Assembly: GCA_951406725.2 (NCBI GenBank)
Contig: OX597825.1
Coordinates: forward strand, 43,586,001-43,650,000
Source of the DNA: Octopus vulgaris
Taxonomy: Eukaryota
Length of the DNA: 64,000 bases
Direction of reading: 5' to 3'
The translations under genes and the position numbers were made by a program. Positions 26,314 to 40,029 of this stretch are shown here, in pieces. The stretch's first letter is position 1; every line of letters starts with the position of its first letter. The notes beneath the pieces were generated by a model. It did not search any database. It saw only the letters and a list, made by a program, of their open reading frames with translations, and was not told the DNA's origin.

Positions 26314-27284
26314 ATATGTTTCGTGTCTTTATATATGTATATATGCGTAGGTAACTTTTGCGAAAATATAAAATATTGTTTAGCTCTGAGTAACCGACTG
26401 ATAAATATAACAATCATTACCGAAATATACACCTCTCCTGCGGCTAGAGTATTTTACTTTGTTCTTATTAAATTTGATATGCATAACATCTTCTGCAAAA
26501 GCACCAGTGATTCAAAGGAAATGAAGCCGTTATTCCCTTGAAGATTTTTGTTCCATTCTGCTGACTGCTATACCATTTTTTGTTCTTTTTGATGCTAGAA
26601 TGAGCATGAATGTACTTTGAACCAATATCAATACCCACCACTATTCGCAATAGCAACTGAATCCGTACTTTGACTAACAGTAATTTTTCATATATATATA
26701 TTTGAAAATTTCATCAAGATCAAGTATGTGCGTTGTGGGAAGGATTTCTATTGACTTTAATTCAGGCCCCTGAGGCTATAATGAAAGAATGTCAGAAATT
26801 TAGATAAAAATATTAGATATGAGTATGCAAAGAACAAAAGTATATGACCGAAAATTTAAAGTAGTTTTGCATCAGTGAATGGTTAGGTGGAAAACTCAAG
26901 AATAAATATCTGGATAACGTAATATGAACATTTTGATATAGTACAACAATAATTTCACTACTGTACCGGCTTGACATCCTATATAAGGAAAAAGGAAATA
27001 TCTTCCTCTCACGGTAGTTTCTAACGGTTGGTTTTATACTCTCCGTCTATTGATTTTATAAAACTCTTTCAATGTTCTTTGATAACCTACTTTGAATCTA
27101 CTTATCGCATATTCATCCATTCACTGAACCAAATATGCTGTGTTCTTGGAGATATAGCCTATTCTGACACTTTTAGAAAGGTCACATCATGCCTACGCAC
27201 GTACTCACCCACACATACACATACACATATGTATGTATATACACGCACACATAGATATATAAATATAGATAGAAAAAATAAAGT

Positions 27285-27344
<60 letters not shown>

Positions 27345-27769
27345 GATGCATACATATGCGTTGGTCTTTATAATCCTGCGGCAATGTGAATTTTGGGTAT
27401 GTGGACAGTGTTTTATATGTAGTTATAGGTAATGAATATACAAACGCTGGTCAAATCGAAGTCATGCAATGCCTAGTAGATATATTGATCAACTTCGCCG
27501 TACACTTGGTATATGCTCAAAGAATTTTGCATTTGTAACTATTTTCAGTAAAATCGATTTCAATATTTGCTGACCAGTTGCAATAAATATATTTTACAAG
27601 ACAGTCTCCGCTAAAATTAACAGTGAAATTTCCTTGAATTCACATCCATACATATTGCAACTGAAATAAAACACTAGATACTGAATTTCGTGCAGCGCAG
27701 TGCCTAGAAGAATCACTAGAAATCATATTGATATATATATATAAATCCAAAAAACGAAATAAGAACGAA

Positions 27770-28020
27770 ACGGATAACAATAAAACAAACGGACAGATAG
27801 ACGATACAAAGGCGGACAGGAAAAACCAGGACGGATCATTCGTGGCCTTCAGTTCATCACTCAACTTTCCAATTATCATTACAGTTTCGGCCTATTACAC
27901 TTGAGACTGTCCAAAATTGGTAGGCCCCAAAAATCTAAGCTAAGAGCATTACCTTTTTGGGAGAAAGCAAGCGATTATTATACGATAACATAGACAAAAA
28001 GAAATACGAGAAATTGAAGA
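27770..28020 (-). repeat. Second copy of the structured non-coding repeat at 11590-11830
   Basis: Colinear blocks with the 11590-11830 copy when reverse complemented. Confidence 0.7.
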
Positions 28021-28297
28021 AAATGTTACCTGATTACAAATACAAACACGAGAATTACAACAGGTGTCTTTCGACTAATAAGAAGTTAAGTTGGACTGGT
28101 GTGTAGAGTGAATGCCTTGCAGCACAACATAGGTGAAACTCAGGAGACAGCAAAATAAGGTGTTGTATGGGCATCGGTCGGGCTAAGAATGATCATGTTT
28201 GTCCGAACACCGATTGCGTGGAAGGAACAGAGGGAAAGGTACAAGGGAGATAACGGAGGAAAGTAGAGAGATTATATGTGTGTGTGTGTGCAGGAGA

Positions 28298-28470
28298 TAT
28301 AGGTGTAGGCGTGGCTGTGTCGTAAGAAACTTGCTTCCCAAGCACATGGTTCTGGTTCAGTCCCGCTGCGTGGCATCCTGGGCTAGTATCTTATTCTATA
28401 GCCTCGGGCCGACCAAAGCCTTGTGAGTGGATTTGGTAGACGGAAAACTGAAAGAAGCCACGTCGTATGT
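28298..28470 (+). mobile_element. tRNA-derived SINE head and core
   Basis: ggcgtggctgtgtcgtaag (A-box-like), ggttcagtccc (B-box-like), gtggcatcctgggc, gccttgtgagtggatttggtagacggaaa. Confidence 0.85.
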
Positions 28471-28497
28471 ATGTATATATACATATATATATATATG

Positions 28498-28912
28498 TGC
28501 ATGTCCGACACCCGCATCTCAAAACAGCTCTTCTACGGTGAACTCAGCCAGGGCAAACGCAAAGTCGGAGGGCAGAAGAAGCGCTTCAAGGACAGTCTCG
28601 AAGTCTCTCTCTCAAAGATTTCTCCATCGGCACAGAGACTTGGGAGACACTTGCTGCCGACCGCTCATCCTGGCGCAGCACAATCACCACAGGAGCAAAG
28701 ACAGCCGAGGAGAGACGGATTCAGTCAGCAGAACAGAAACGCCAGATGCGGAAAGCCAGAGCCACCTGCACCAATAGCACAGCCCCTACCCACTTCTGCC
28801 CCACCTGTGGGAGGGGCTTTCTTGCCCGGATTGGCCTCACCAGCCACCTCCGGTCTCAGCAGTAATTCCACCAAATGATGTCAATGGTCATCTTCGAACC
28901 CGAAGGACGAAC
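28498..28912 (+). mobile_element. RTE/BovB-like LINE 3' end with C2H2 finger, followed by an (ATAG)n tail
   Basis: SKQLFYGELSQGKRKVGGQKKRFKDSL, WETLAADRSSWR, CPTCGRGFLARIGLTSHLR. Confidence 0.9.
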
Positions 28913-29057
<145 letters not shown>

Positions 29058-29068
29058 TAGAGAGAGAG

Positions 29069-29110
<42 letters not shown>

Positions 29111-29129
29111 AAGGAGTTAAACGCAAGTG

Positions 29130-29995
29130 TTATTCAAATCATTATACTGCCAACATATGTTTGGAAGGAAACATTGGTTTTATTCCAGAAGGAATACAAT
29201 GATGTAAAACAATGCAATCTTCTCATCAGGGAAAGATAAATAAACAAAACGTCTTTTTTTTATATAGGTCGTTTTTCATCTCAGTTGTCCAAAATACTAT
29301 CTAATCATTACTCTACATTTAGACATATCAATAAACGCAACAATACTGGGCTTAGTAAATTAATTCAGTCTCTAAAGAAACATAATAAACAATTTGATTT
29401 GGAATGGAATATTTTATCTAGGTCCTTTCCTCATGATAAAGGAATATCTTTTTGTTCGCTCTGTAACGAGGAACTGTATTTCATCCTATTCCCAAAGAAT
29501 TCTTTTGTAAACACGTTTAAAGAACGCGTTTATTGTTGCAAACATTGGCAAAAACATAGCTTTAGCTCCTATAAGTAATTTCTACCAGTCTATAAAATTC
29601 GACCTTTAACTATCTTCTTACAATTCATTTCCACTAAATATATCTATTTGCACGCCTTTAATCTTTATCCCTATTTATCCATCGCACTATATTTCTCTAC
29701 ATCTAGTTTTCTGCTAATTTCTTCCTCCCCCATCCTTTCTATAAATTGCCTTTGACGTTATATCTATTAACGGTTTTTTTTTAATAACTTACCAGCGTTC
29801 CCTTCATCACATATGCAGTAATCACATTCGGTTAAAATGTCTTATTGATGCGTTTTGTTTCCCTTTTTCCCTGAAGAGAAGATTTCATTGGTTTACATCA
29901 TTTTATTACTTCTGGAATAATGCCAATGTTTTCTTTGAAACATGTCGGAAGTATTAAGATTTGAATAACACCTGCAGTTAACTCTATTCATTTAT
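29130..29995 (+). mobile_element. Degenerate PLE GIY-YIG remnant with 3' UTR and HHR
   Basis: NHYSTFRHINKRNNTGLSKLI..LK..FDLEWNIL..CSLCNEE..CCKH. Confidence 0.82.
29867..29950 (+). ncRNA. Type I hammerhead ribozyme with long stem II
   Basis: ttcc-CTGAAGA-gaag..cattgg...ccaatg..ttctt-t-GAAA-catg-TC-ggaa: palindromic ACATGT stem III, cleavage triplet GUC. Confidence 0.78.
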
Positions 29996-29999
29996 TTAT

Positions 30000-30156
30000 C
30001 TATTCACCATTGCTTGACAACTGATGCTGATGTGTTTATGTCCCCATAACTTAGTGGTTCGGAAAAGAGCAAAAAAATAAGTCCTAGTGTCGTTTTGTTC
30101 GACTAAAGGTGGTGCTCCAGCACGACCGCTGTCAAATGACTGAAACAAGTTAAAGA
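30000..30156 (+). mobile_element. SINE 3' tail fragment
   Basis: ttgttcgactaaaggtggtgctccagcacgaccgctgtcaaatgactgaaacaag. Confidence 0.8.
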
Positions 30157-30199
30157 ATATATATACATACATACATACATACATACATACATACATACA

Positions 30200-30285
<86 letters not shown>

Positions 30286-30884
30286 ATGCCAATGTACAAA
30301 GATACATATAAAATAGTAGTAAGAGTCCTAGGGGTAACAGCAGTGGCATAGCAGCAGAAGCTTTATTACTAATGTAATTATTATATTATTCAATTTAAGA
30401 TATTCAGTACAACTGCTGTACTACTTTATACTTACTCAGCGGTAAAGTGGATAGTTAATTTGGTTTTCTAGGATTCAAATATACTTGCATCCATCTAGCC
30501 ACCTATTCATCTATCCATGTAACTAGCTATGCATCTATCCATCTACAAACTTCTTGCATTAAGAGTCCCTCTACTTTTCTTGTTCTACACAAGAAAGGGT
30601 TGGTGAAAACATATCATACGGAGGTACTGAGGGTAACGATAGAGTGACCCAAGAACATGACACCAGACTTTGAAAAATATGGCAGTCGTAACTCTCTTCT
30701 AACCACAAGACAGTATTCCAGAATGCATTTGTAGTACCAGGGCTGATATCAACATTTAGGATGCTTGACTGTTCTGCAGAAGAAATCCACCTTATAGTCA
30801 TTAAATTCCGCAAGACATAAACTGGAAACTTCCAAAGAAATAGTGATTGCGACAGTTATGTATTGAAAACTTGTAATCGTCGTA

Positions 30885-31110
30885 TAGATAAACTAATCAG
30901 AACTTTAGGGAGCTGGTTAGTTTTCTCCATCTCTAGCCCTTAGAAGCTCAATTGGGTTTCGTTAAGCAAAAAAAAACGAGATGTTGGACGAGGATCGTTC
31001 GTCCTCTAAAAAGAACAGCCAGTTCTCCACAGAACAGGCTCTACCTAAGAAAATATGGTCAGTGCAGATAGCTTTCGGATGTTCTATAGTATCTCTCAGA
31101 GGGCACCTGC
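30885..31110 (+). repeat. Unclassified interspersed repeat (copy of 22965-23112, longer)
   Basis: Direct match to 22965-23112. Confidence 0.65.
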
Positions 31111-31254
31111 TAAACAACAGCAGTAAAAATAATTACATATACTTTCCTGATAAACGAAGAGAACAATATCCTACGAGTCGGTAGACCTCCATGTGAATCA
31201 CAGTATATCAAATAAATATGCCCGTGTAGGCTTTCCAAAGGTGACAGTAATACT

Positions 31255-31420
31255 GGTTTCAAGTTTTAGCACAATGCCAGCAATTTTGAGGAAGGAAGTA
31301 AGCCGATTACATCTACCCCAGTGCTCAGCTGGTACTTATTTTATCGACCCCGAGAGAATGAAAGACAAAGTCGACCTCAGCAGAATTTGAACTCAGAACG
31401 TAAAGAGAGACGAAATCCCA
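31255..31420 (-). mobile_element. SINE fragment
   Basis: ctggtacttattttatcgaccccgagagaatgaaagacaaagtcgacctc...ttgaactcagaacg. Confidence 0.82.
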
Positions 31421-31439
31421 GCGTACTAACGAGTCTGCC

Positions 31440-33350
31440 AGCTTGTCGCCTTAAAGATGACAATAATATTGACATAACCTGCAGCCGCTTTTGGACTTGT
31501 GACCACGACATCAAATCGCACTTCGAATGATAAGCTTTTGCAATTTTAAAACAGGAGAGAGTTACAAAATAACAAGATGCAACTGAAAGTGTCGATCTAT
31601 AGAATATATCACACATGTAATCAGCAGCTGCCCAAAGATGTCATAAATTTACTAGCTCCCTATGTGACGTGAAATTGTCGCTTAAGTAATATACAAAACC
31701 ATCTGTAAATATCACTACCCGTAAATAAATATAGAGAACCCCACCTCCTGTTATTGAAAACATACATAAACATTAACTCAAGGAATACTGGTGAAACATT
31801 CTCACTAAAACTTAAGTGCATTAATAACCGGCTGGATATTATTACTTTTTACAGACAAGTAAAATTGTGTACTGTCATAGAGGTCAGCCTCCCTGCTGAC
31901 GTGAATATCACTTCAAAATCAACCAGCTAACTCGCGCATTGCAAATACAGTCTGCAAGCAGAACAATACAAATATAAAAAAACCTTTCTCATGTTCAAAA
32001 TGTGTTCTTGTTTTTGTTATCTACAATCCAAAGATGGAGCTTTGTATCTTTGTTCGAAACCAGCTAGGCAGTTCAAAGATTTGATATATTTGATATTATA
32101 TATCACCCATTGATATTAGAGCCTTTCCACAATTCTTTTATGGTTGAGCTCATTAAAAAAGATCAAAGTACGCATGATCAACCTTGCTGGCAATAACAAC
32201 TTAAATAACTGCTATAAAGCCAAAAATATATTAGATTATAGTGTCGATCATATATTAGATTAGATTATACACCAAGAGACTCTTAAAACTAGAGTCAACA
32301 CTCTCATGGAACATAAAAAAGGCATTTGGTCAGTATAAGCGATGATATTTTCTCGTCACTCTAGGTATTGACCAGACGAAGAATGTGTATATCAATGACG
32401 CATCTGTCTCAGCTATCTACTACAATGATGAATTCTGCAATTATCTCAGAATTGATGAGGATATTGCATAAGTTAGAGTGACAATAGAATACTTTAGAAG
32501 AATGTGGAGAATATGGAAGTTAGAAATATCTACATTCAATAACGTCATATCGTATAACATCATATCGCTTTCAAATTGCCATCCTAGTTGGGGTAGTAAA
32601 CTAGAGACATGTAGATGATCGCACTTTGGAAAGCATGAGTTGTACTGTTCCCCACTGGGAATATGCAAACCAACAGTGACAAGACCTATATTAAACAGTA
32701 GGATGGAAGCTGGGGCATAAGGTCACTCAAAACGGTGCTAGAGTGTTACACCGACAAAACCTCCTAAAGAAAAAGAAGAAATGAGAATATGGCATGTATA
32801 CATAACAGTAAAAGTATAATAATCTGAGACTAACAGGAAAAAATGCAATATAATTACTCAGAGTATAATGCTATTTCAAGTGACAAACATTGACTTAGGG
32901 TTACCGAGTTAAAAGGCAAAATGTGGAGGAGAAAGACTCGTCATCGTCGACAGTTATGTATAGGTACATATCTTGCAAGCTAGAGAGTACTAAGGCCATT
33001 GTCAGAGCCCTTAATCTCTGTGTGTGATTGATCACATCTCATTCTGAAGGATATGCTTCACTATTGAGGAACTTGAGACAGTTACTAAATACCTGAGTAA
33101 TAAAGATACCTCTGTAACTCAATGTTGTGAAAGAAAATATCGAGTGTGCCTCATCAGTGAAGAATATATCACATCAGCTACGGCCAAAAATGTCCTTAAC
33201 ACTACTTTCTGCCTGTCACAGAAAATTATTTCTAAAGCCAACATTGTTCTACGATTTTCCAATCAAGAACGAAGCAAATGGCTCACTTGCTCAAAATCCT
33301 ATACTTAATGACATGGTAGGGTTGGTAAAATATACAAATGCTTCACTATT
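31440..33350 (+). mobile_element. Highly decayed R4/Dong-like LINE pieces (endonuclease and RT)
   Basis: NNRLDIITFYRQVKLCTVIEVSLPADVNI (about 31820-31910); KKAF-like motif at about 32315; GGR-like motif at about 32920. Confidence 0.5.
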
Positions 33351-33430
33351 TTAATTTTCTGGAATTAATATAAACACACAATTACGTATGCGTGAATTAT
33401 ATGACACAGGGTTGAAAATATTTACGCATC

Positions 33431-33502
<72 letters not shown>

Positions 33503-36500
33503 TCTTTCTCTTTCTCTTTCTCTCTCTCTCCCTCTCTCTCTCTCATACACACATACATCCACATATATACATATGTTAATTCACTCATATATTCAAAAAT
33601 ACCTAGAATTGTGGTAAATGGGAAGAAAACGGTTCTGTCTCTTTGTTAGTGATGGGTTTGAATTCTGCAAAGGAAGTAAAATATACATATATCATGCATA
33701 TATAATATATACTACCACACTCACATCCATATGTATACGTACAATCGTACATATATGCGTGCATACAATCACGCATACATACAAACATCAATGGAAAGTT
33801 CCAGAGAAATATTGATGTTATCAGGCCGTATATCAGGCCAAAAGAGGGGGCGGGAGGAATAAGATCAATCGGGAAAAATATCAACTAGTACTATGTACTT
33901 AAAGAATACATAAGACTAAATTGTGTTCATGTGAACTCTTCAAGAAGTAGTCAGTAACTCCTCAGAAAGCACTGATATTAGAACTTCTAGACTACTGTAC
34001 CCCAGGAAAAAAACCCAGTGATGAAACATTCTGTGTACGGAAAACATGGTTTACTCACATATTTTCTGTAAACATGAGTATTGATGCTAACAACAAAAAG
34101 ATGCGCTAAGACACACATGTAAAATATTCAGTCACTGAATACATACAAGTATTTCAAGAACATAGTTGTTTGTGACAGGAAAGAAAATATATATATAGTT
34201 ACGGACGGTAAATTTGAGCATTTCTTTCTAAATCAATTTGTAAGGCAAAAAATAATTACAGACTTCCTTGAAGTTTACAGCTTAACCAGCCAAATTATAA
34301 ATTTAAACTCATGCCTATAATAATTGGTGTAGCGATAGTAAATAATGTTTGGAAATAGTATTTCTATGTAGAAACCATCAAAACTTGATGATCTTAGTAA
34401 GAGGTAGAACCAGATAGGCACACTTTTCAAACATTATATACAAGTGGAATAGTAAAAATATACATAATTTGTCCCAGGTTATCTAGATCACTCGAAAAAT
34501 CGCGTTCATATTCATACAATACTGTTCAAGCTATATCAATATGTCTTTCATTTCAGCACAAACGACCATAAGTATGATGTTTTACAGCCTCAGTTCCCCA
34601 TCGCATATCTAAGATGGACATCATAAAATGCTCCCGCGTGCACATTCATTGGCGGGTATGTGAAAATACATAACTAAGTATTTTAGTAGAAATGGGTTGA
34701 AGGAAATAATGATCATCTCATGTGGTTGAGGCAGTCTGAAGAATAATATGAAATTCATTCCATCAAAACCTTGACAGGGTTTGATTACATACAATTTCTA
34801 ACCATGATATAGTAGTATTTATAGTAGCAAAATCCCTATTGGTACAAACACTTAGATTATAATTATAGAAAAGTGTACTTCCATGCCATTTCCTATGAAA
34901 GCAGTAGTGTAATTAAAGAAATAAGCAACGACTCGGATTAGAAACTCTTTTGCGAACTCAGTTCTTGTGAAAGTCTACTTTTATGTAATGGCTCTCAATA
35001 CAATACTAACTTGCACATCTAATGACCTACTGTTATACCACATATATTGTTATTACTTTGTATATTTTACATTATTACTTTTCGTACAAAACAGTCTAAT
35101 GTTACATTGTACATTCAACGCCAAATGGAAAGTTATCAAGAAACTTAGCCCACAATAAAAGTTTACCCCATGAAAACTAATATCAAAATCAACACGAAAG
35201 CAGATATGGCGATTAATTGACAGAATAACACCAAAAATGTGTTCTTTTGACTAAGTTATGGATGGTGAAAGACCAATATTCACTATATTATGCAGGAAAG
35301 AAAGAATATTCAGAGACATCTACATCAATAGAAAAACCATTGTAGTCGCAGTTTCTCAAAGCCAAATGGATAGATTCTTTCTTGTTACAACTTCAAAACG
35401 CCTAAGCAAAAAAGAAAAGAAAACGATATATACTAAAGCCCCCACTCTAAGAAGATTATATATTTTGTATTAGCTTTTGAATATGCCTCATTTTGGTATT
35501 TTAAATTGCTTAGTTTACTAATGAAAATATTTGCCAACCAAGCCAGCATCTCAGAGACAACTATAAGCTGTAAAAAAGCATATGAATTTATTGCAATTCT
35601 GAGTGGTGTACTTGAAATTGAGTTTCTCTTCCCCTAGACTAATGTAGCTCACGTATGAAACAATTTTATCGAGTTATGATTATATGAAGAAGATGTTTCT
35701 GCATTTCTTGCTATAATTTTTGGCTCATAACCTATACTCTTTACTTTAATAGGAATTAATTCAATTTACTCAGTTCCAAAGTAATCTTTCTATAAACCAC
35801 ATTATACACAACCAGCTAAAGGTCAAGGAGGAAGTGTTAGAGAATCAGTATCATCTTAATTCTTTTATAGGTGTCACATTCTACTTCATTCATTCAAACC
35901 GTATGGAGACTGTACGAAAATTCCTGGGAAAATGGTTTGGAATAGAATTCACTCTTCACCTGTCTATTAGAATATGTTGCTCTCTTTCTGAAACAGGATT
36001 TAGGAAGGGACCATGTAAATATGTGATGCCCAAAAATGTGCTGGAACAGAGACTGGATGACTGGCAGAATGGTTCACTAAATGTCACAAATCTACAATAT
36101 CAGATTAATCCCAGTTAATTTATTTCCTCAGCTCTAAGCTTTATTTTGGACCTTGTAATGCCACAAAATAACTGTTACGCGATCATTCAATAACTGTTAT
36201 GCAATCGTTGAGGAAAACGTTCGGTAATGTAATCCTGATCCCCAAACGTTTGGAAATCTCTTGTTCAAAATTATACATAATTTGGGTTGTTTATACTAAT
36301 GAACATATACACAACTTTCAGAATCATTTCGCCATCAATACAAAAATGGCTTACAAACAGTTAACAATTAACCTTTCTAGAAGATCCAAAGAAATTTGAA
36401 ATAAATGATTCTTATATAGTTTGGCGAAAATTAATAAAAGGTCTTCATTGTTTCACCTAATTTACATTTAAATCTAACGCTATCAAGTGACTTCATTGCT

Positions 36501-37446
36501 AATGCTCTTCAGAATTGTAGCAGAATCTTGTTTTTACTTCACTACAATATACCTGTATTAAGCCAGGCACCATATATTATATATTCCTGATTGCTTCCTA
36601 TTCCTGAGTAAAACTTGTATATTTTACTTACTCTTCTGAAGTTGCTGCGCTAAGTATAAACATTTTACAAACTTTTTGTAGCTATAAACATTTTACAAGC
36701 TCGCTAATGAACTTCTGATGTTATACCAATGACTAAGTAAAAAAAAAGTGTTAATTACATGTGTTTAATAAAGTCAAATAAAAAATAGTACAGAGACCTG
36801 TAGAAGGGTGGCGACGTATAATTAGGAAACTATTAGTTAGTATCCTTCTGCAGCACTACAGATGTGGTACTCTCAGAATCCTAGAGTTAGATGTGTATTT
36901 TCTGTCACTTGATTGTCGTGAAATAATAAGTTGGGCACCACTTAATGCAGCTTCAATACTTTTATTCGCCAATCCTAATTGTGGTTGTCTCACCCAAAAA
37001 ACATTGCACTAAACACTTTACTGAACCCATTCAGCTTAATACTTCAGCACCTTAACTCCTGCCCACCCCCACCCCAATTATATTTTTCTTACAAACATCA
37101 ACTTACAGAAGTCTATATCGAAAATCAATCACGTGTGGCTGTGTGTGTGTGTGTGTGTATGACGTGTGTAAATAAGTGCTTTGTATGTATGCATGTGTGT
37201 GAGTTACGTGTACAAATATGTATGATTGTGTACTTGTGTATGATTGTGTATATGAAAGATTAAGACCTAGCGTATAGAACTAGCAAATGGAAAATAAATA
37301 CTGCTTGGTAGTACATATCTATTCACTAAAAGTATACAAAGAAACGTGTGCTTCACAACGAACGTAATTTCTTAATGCTTTGATATTTTCTATTGACGTT
37401 GACATATGAGACATGTCTATTAATATGTATGATATTCTATTTTCAG

Positions 37447-37700
37447 ATGAAAATAGGTTGACTGTTTTCAAACAAGAATCAGCCATTCAATGCTTATATC
37501 ACATCCCAACCTCAAATAAATTTCCAGCGCTCCACACCACTACCACCAATCACAACAACTTCGTGAAGATGGATTATACTTCAATGGAATACCTTCTGTA
37601 TTCAGCAACATCAACTTATATTTATTCTTTTATTTTGATATTTCTTGTATTCATAATCATCCTACTTCTTAAATACTCCTTTCCCGTCATTTTCTTCTAA
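37447..37700 (+). CDS. Candidate terminal exon of an unidentified host gene with a C-terminal hydrophobic (TM/GPI-like) tail
   Basis: Acceptor ttctattttcAG at 37446; open frame ENRLTVFKQESAIQCLYH...Thr-rich spacer...YSFILIFLVFIIILLLKYSFPVIFF*. No homology recognised. Confidence 0.3.
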
Positions 37701-38294
37701 TTACAGAATGGCTAAACTGGGGTATTTTGTTACATCCATAAAGTTTCAATCAACCGAAGGTGGAGAAATTTATTGTTCAACCTTTCGAAGTTAATTATAC
37801 ACGTGTGTGTTTCGAAGTTAATTATGTGAGTTGCATAGACAACCCTACCGCAAACTGGACGCGGTGGTATCAATTAGCCTCTCTCGTCAAAATTGCTGGT
37901 AATGCGCCTAAATTAGAAATCGTTATTAATATTCCTCTCTTTTGTCCAATTAGTTGGACTCTCCAAGACAGCAAACGGATGTATGTAAAAACCAGAAAAC
38001 ATCCCACATCACAAAATGTCCATCATCTTAATACTGACATTAAATGTTTATATCTTCCTGGGGATCAAAGTGACTGAGGTCATTTAAAACAACCACCATC
38101 AGTCTTGAAACATACCTTGATAACTGACTGGATGAGGGACTTTTAAAAAAAAGCTTGATGATAAAAACTTAAGTACTCTGTTACAGTTATCAAGCGGTTG
38201 TGGGGGGGCGGTCAACTACGAACGCAAAGAAACACACACACACACACACACGCATACACATACGCACACACACACATATACACACAGATATATA

Positions 38295-38665
38295 TAAACG
38301 ACAGATTTCTTTCAGTTGCCATCTACCAAATCCACTCACAAGGCTTTGGTCAGCCCGAGACTATAATACAAGACACATGCCCAAAGTGCTTTGAATCCGG
38401 GACCTTGTTGTTGGGAAGCAAACATCTTACTACACAGGCACGCGGGCTTCTTTCAGTTTCACATGAGTGTATGTGCGTGTCCCTCACTACAGCTTGACAA
38501 CCGATGTTGGCGTATTTAGCGGTTCGGCAAAAACAACCAATATAATAAGTGCCAGGCTTCAAAAAGTGTAAATACTAGGGTTGATTCGTTCAACTAAAAA
38601 TTCAAGACGGTGCACCCAGCACGGTCGCAGTCTAATGACTTAAACAAATTAAAAGGTAAAACATT
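38295..38665. mobile_element. SINE head (minus, 38295-38445) abutting a SINE tail (plus, 38480-38665)
   Basis: tctaccaaatccactcacaaggctttggtc; aataagtgccaggcttc...cagcacggtcgcagtc. Confidence 0.75.
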
Positions 38666-39019
38666 ATTTTCTGGAATCTATAGAGCTTGTACCTGTGATT
38701 ATTCATGAGTTAGAGAATCAAGAAAGGCAATTGCATAAAGGACAGTCTGCAGAGGATTTGCTTGTTGGGATCAGGTGAAAGCAACTGAAGTGTTTTGAGC
38801 ATTTGATGGATTATTGAAATTATAAAATCCTACCAAGAATAACACCCATTCTAAGTCAAAAAGCGATAATGATAATTATTATAAACTTCTACATTTTGCC
38901 CTTTCGGAGATTTAAAAAGATAATAATTGAAGACTAAGAGTGACATAATCTCCTTGGTTTTCCACTCAAATTACGGCCGTGAGGCAATGTTAAAAAGAAT
39001 TATTATTATTATTATTATT

Positions 39020-39052
<33 letters not shown>

Positions 39053-39169
39053 GTCATCATCATCATCATCATCAACATCATCATTATTATTATTATTATT
39101 ATTATTATCATCATCATCGTCATCATCATCATCATCATCATCATTATTATTATTATTATTATTATTATT

Positions 39170-39950
39170 GCCTTTGCACAGCTTCTAACGCTGGAGATGT
39201 ACTACGGTGTCAGCTGTTTACTACCAGTGAACTAAGATAACACCCCTTATTTTTCAAGCGCTTCCACGCAGTGCTGTTTTCTACAAGTGCTATTTGTTAT
39301 TATTAGTTTTAGCATCCAGTCGTTAGATGTTTTAGGATATTTGGCCAGTCCAATCGTGGTGGTTTTATGGCTAACACCTTGTTACGGGCGTTTAACTCAG
39401 ATTTTAGGACTGCTCGAATTCTCCTGTAACGTTCTTGATCTCTTTCATGTTTGGATGCTGAGTACCAGAGCCCTCATTTATTCCGAGGTATTTGTTTGTT
39501 CCTGCTCGAGTTCTTTTATAACTGTGTCAACATCTAACACCACTGAATATTAGGTCTTCAATCTCCCTTTTTGGAAACAGCCTTGGCACATTTATGAAGA
39601 CCAAATTCCATCCCGTTGTCATCTCTTAATGCTTTCACAGTAAGTAATAATCTTTCAAGCTCAATATCGTCTTTGCCATAGAGTTTTAAGCTATCCATAT
39701 AAAATAGATGACTTATTTTCATGTCGCCAATTTCGTATTCATACCCTGTTCTGTTAAGTTCACTTTTAAGAGGTATTAGTGCTATGCAAAACATTAGAGG
39801 TGAAGGTGAGTCATTCACATTGTCATATTGTGCTTCAGGAAGTTTGAAATCACAGGAGAAATTTTGAAGATATCCAGCGTCTTCAAGATCCTTGAATGCG
39901 GTATGCTATCAAAGGACTTTTTATAATCAATTCATGCGGAACTGAGAACA
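39170..39950 (-). mobile_element. R4/Dong-like LINE fragments (3' end at an ATT/ATC tract; RT core)
   Basis: SPLMFCIALIPL...ISHLFYMDSLKLYGK...MEFGLHKCA; DYKKSFDSIPHS. Confidence 0.8.
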
Positions 39951-40029
39951 ATACTAGCATTGTTCCTTTCTTCAGCCAGTTCAACTTATGCTCTCCAGCA
40001 ACTTCAGTTGTGGCTACATTGAATTGATC

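Noticed and set aside
28298-28380. tRNA gene
   Set aside because: A- and B-box-like motifs belong to a SINE head; no cloverleaf, and it continues into the SINE core.
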